Part shown: piece by piece, positions 60,139 to 64,000 of the stretch
Layout: every line of letters starts with the position of its first letter
How positions within the stretch are numbered: position 1 is the stretch's first letter
DNA from: Schizochytrium sp. TIO01
Lineage: Eukaryota; Protista; Bigyra: Labyrinthulomycetes
Assembly: GCA_004764695.1 (NCBI GenBank)
Contig: SMSO01000037.1
Span: 2,146,747 to 2,210,746 of the forward strand
Direction of reading: 5' to 3'
Length of the DNA stretch: 64,000 nucleotides
Notes under the pieces: generated by a model
What the model was told of the DNA's origin: nothing
Seen by the model: only the letters and a program-made list of their open reading frames with translations
Database searches by the model: none
Position numbers and translations under genes: made by a program

Positions 60139-63100
60139 CCTTAAGCACGTCAACCCAGAGGGAAGGATATTTGTTGATGAGCTATGGATCGGTTTAGAGA
60201 AACCCAAACCAACCCCTAGATAGATCGCCCGTTTAGGGATCTAGATCTACCTACTTGAGGTTACTTGGCTGGCTGCTCAAGCCAATCTGGATTTGCCAGC
60301 GTCTCGCCGACTCTTGGGGAGGCGATTTCCACTCTCGTATGAAGAAAGGAATGATCTAATCGAGTTTTGGTCTTGAACGAGCCCGTTGAACTCGCATTAT
60401 AAAGAAAACAAAACCAAAAGATAAAAAGAGAAAAGGAACAAAAAATAAATTGTTTTTCAAAATGCTTGAAGACTTTTACCATCGGTCCCTCTTCGATCAG
60501 CTTTGCGCTGCCGTTACAGCGAGTCTCGGTTGCAAGGTGAGGTTCACGGCCGGGATGTACGCGTTGCTTTGCGTACCATTTTACGTACACGGCGATTGAT
60601 GGTTGCAGTGAATGTGGTACGAGTGGTTTCTTCAACGAAAGAATGTTTTCTACCTACCATGCCCAAACAAACGAACTAACCACTATACGTACGTACGAAC
60701 TAACTTTCCCCAGCAGAGTCTAATAGTCGTGCTTACAGCCCACGACTATTTTATAAAATTAAAAGAAAGAAAGAAAAGAAAAGAAAGAAAATGATCATCA
60801 ATAAGAGTCTATTCTTACTATCCCAAAACTTAGTTAGTATCATCTATCTACTTGAAAGTTCTCTCTCTCTGTGTCTATTGGCAGAAGAAGAGTGATTGGT
60901 TTCATTCACATCGTGTGTAAAAACTTGAGTTTGGAGTTTCGGGGGTTGTGCCGTGGATCCCACTCAGGCCTGAGATCCGAGCAGAACGAATGCTCGCAGT
61001 GAGAGAAAAGTATTCCGTCCCTGAGTGGAGCTGTTTTGTGCAGGCGAGGCGGTAGAAGCCATCCATGATTACAGTCGGTCGTAAACTTGGTGCCTTCAAA
61101 GGCGGCTGGAGATGCTCTACTTTGCGTTGGAGCGTGGGAACCTTTTTTAATACCTAGTAGTAGTTGTTATTTTTTAATGGGGCGATGCCCTAAGAGGATA
61201 CAAATTCTGAACGTGGCCAATGCGCTCTTCAACGCGATCACAGACGACTTGTGGCGGCCTTCCGGGTCGAACACTTGCACAGTGCGAGGTATGCGCAAAT
61301 GGCTCGAAGAGACGGGGCCGTGTTCGCAGAACGAAGCTCGCGGAGAGGCTCTCTAGGACCGGAGGGGCCAATTTACTTTGATGGTCCTGGAGACGGGTTG
61401 TGCTTCGAAGAATGAGAATTTACAACGTAGTATGCGACTTCTCAATAGAGTGACATGCGGAGCATACCAGCGCTTCTGGTGTGTGTCATTTCTAATAGAA
61501 CGCATCTCTACGACCATTCCCGATGCTCTTTCGACTAAGACGAGGCATCTTTGGATATTGGGTTGACCCGTATAGGGCTGACTACCTAGCTTGACATGCC
61601 ATTATTTATTTGTAATATTACTGCGTTCAACTGACAGTCAAACGTGTAGAGCAACGGTCTTTTGGCGACGGCTGGGTCCAAGGCGAGGCAAAATGTCAGA
61701 GTTCGCGCTGTCTCTACTCATAGCTTTCAACTGGAAAACCTCGATTATACATGATCAGCTTAATTAAAATTTACCCACAGAAGTTCGTTCACCTTCAACA
61801 ATGATAGGACTTATGAAGATACTACTGAAGAGGTTCTTGTTCGTGCGAAACGGAGACCCTAACACTGGCGATTTATCTTGTTCGGCGGATGCTTGACTTC
61901 AGAAGGTCGCGCTAACCAAATAAGAGTCGGAATCGTTCGCACGGAGGCGCAAGGGGTTGCTGAGGTTGGATATGAAGCGAATTCGCAAAGTTTTCAGCGC
62001 GACATCGCTCCGGTCTTGAAGTTGGCGAGATTGAACCGGCACAGACGGAAATTGTGTGCTGATTTTTAATTGCGGCAGAGCAGCAAAGCTTCACAACATG
62101 CGTCTACTCGTGACGAGCGAGAGATGTCTTGATGCTCCTCTAGCGATGACAGTTCCTGATCATTTCGTACAATTCAATGAGCACTTAGCAAGACGAGTTA
62201 CCTTCCCTAAGAGCCAACCACAGCTTTTCTATGCTTATGTATCATGTCTTTAATGAAAAGTTAAACCTTATCTAAGATAGTGATATTTGACGAAACTTTA
62301 GATGCATTACTTTTTGTCGGAAGGAAAAGCACGCAAAGGATCATCCCAGTAAAAGCCTCATCAACAAATTTTGATTGTTGTTGTATTATCGTTCTGGAAA
62401 CCACGACTATTAGATTTCTTGGTCTCAAGAGCATTAAGTTTCACATGCCATCTGAGTTTGCTGTATGCACTCATCGTTTCCTAGGATATTGACCATGGTT
62501 TAGCAAAGTAGATCCGGGTTCGAAGAACGTGATTCTAGACAATTCGGGGGAGCCTGCGAATGCGAGATTTCATAGCATACAAGAAAAAAGAGCAGCTCGA
62601 ACTCAAGATAATCCTTTTGCGGGAATCGGTGGGTTTGTCTCACGAGCTTGCATAGTATTTTGCATCACGAGTCTACTGTTTAAACCCCTGCATACTTGTG
62701 ATCTGAATCCTGGTGCTGCATGTTGTACATGAATTGTTACGGAGATGGTGAATGTTGTCTCACAAAATCCACGATCTATTGGTGGCATATATAAATAACG
62801 CTAGTGATATATATTCGGCATCAAGTGACCCTGCTCATCTAGGTTTCACTGCTGTTCTCCGCTTAGCATTTCGTTCGGGCCGAGGTTTGTCGGCTTATCG
62901 CCCCATCTTTCCGAAGGCTTTTTTTTTTTTTTACTTTCGTGCGGTCAGAAAAGTCCCTCCTCCTACTCTAACGCAGCTAGTTGAGGAGGTCACTTTGTCG
63001 TTCGCTCCTCTCTTCCGTCGTCTTCAACTCATTTTAACACAGGCTCAGATCCTTCTCGATCCTTGCATGATCAACCAAGTCGAAGTTGCTTTGCACAGCC

Positions 63101-64000
63101 ACAAAGTCAAAGTCCCAGGTTGATCCAATAAACACTTTCACCTTTTATTCTAAGGACGATCTAGATTGTCGCAGTCCCTCCCTATTAGGGTGTGCACCGT
63201 TTCATATGTTCCGGACGTTCCAGAGGTGCGAGTGACAGGGATCTTTTTCCAAGCTAAGCGGAGCGTATAGCTAAAACTATAAGGGTGTGTATTGGATATA
63301 TCTTCAAAGGGTAAAGGGAGTGCTGCTAAAATTTCTTCGAAGTTGGATGAAGATCAGAGAAAGCAAAGACACAGAACCCAATTCCGTGCTCGTTCGAGTG
63401 AGTCAGCGAGGTAGAAGACGACTCAGAGGTGGATGATCTTTCCTATGTACCTCCAATAAGCTTTGCTCTCCAAGACTCATTGTGCTGCTCTCGAGTCCGT
63501 CAGACATTTGTGAGCGTCACGATATCAATTCGTTCATTATCCCCATTATGAAGTACCTTCTTACCTACTATTTAATTATTACTATTGCGTGGAGGTAATG
63601 TTAAAGCATGAAAAGAGAAAAGATAAAAAGGTGTATTACAGTTTCCAGTAATGGGTACTAACTTCAACACAGTTTTTATCTAAGGTTGAAAAGAGAAAAA
63701 GGAAAAAAGGTTTTTCCAACTAAAAATAAATGATAGTCAATCATAATATATCGTAGATCCGCGCATCGCTCAGCGCAGCACAGCTGCCGCTTCCTGTGTA
63801 TTGCTCAGTTCTCCTTGCTGCGGCTGCGAGAAGAGGTGTAAACACTCGTGGAGGCAGCGAGGTTCTGGAGCTCGGACGCACAAGGATTTTCCTAGACTCG
63901 TCTGCAGTAGGGCGGCACACAAATTGAGAACTGCGCTGCTCTTGCCTCGAGGAGCAGAAGGAGATCGAGGATACGGCGCCAACATCTTTCCCTTTTCGTT

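Noticed and set aside
63770-64000. Minus-strand frame open to the window edge with an RGKSS sequence
   Set aside because: Too short and truncated; the P-loop resemblance is not convincing.

Overview
Eukaryotic, intron-poor genomic DNA with microsatellite-rich intergenic regions. The style suggests a thraustochytrid/labyrinthulomycete stramenopile, which is inference only. Housekeeping genes: PFKFB, METTL5, THG1, a CNNM metal transporter, spliced RPS11, a KDM4-type JmjN/JmjC demethylase, dolichol kinase, two tandem GT61 glycosyltransferases, tRNA-Phe(GAA), a fused E1 alpha/beta 2-oxoacid dehydrogenase and one unassigned 659-aa ORF. The standout is an apparently intact 4389-bp piggyBac-like DNA transposon (38874-43262). 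It has CCCTGGATA terminal inverted repeats, a duplicated CTAA target rather than TTAA, and TTGTCTAC subterminal motifs. Its single ~1170-aa ORF carries a YqaJ/lambda-exonuclease-like PD-(D/E)xK domain inside the DDD catalytic core. A second accessory region (~11.4-19.7 kb) is AT-rich and holds an RCC1-like fragment, a catalytically degenerate nucleotide-sugar dehydrogenase, a stop-interrupted large ORFan and a decayed Ty1/copia element. All assignments come from motif recognition by eye; no searches were run.
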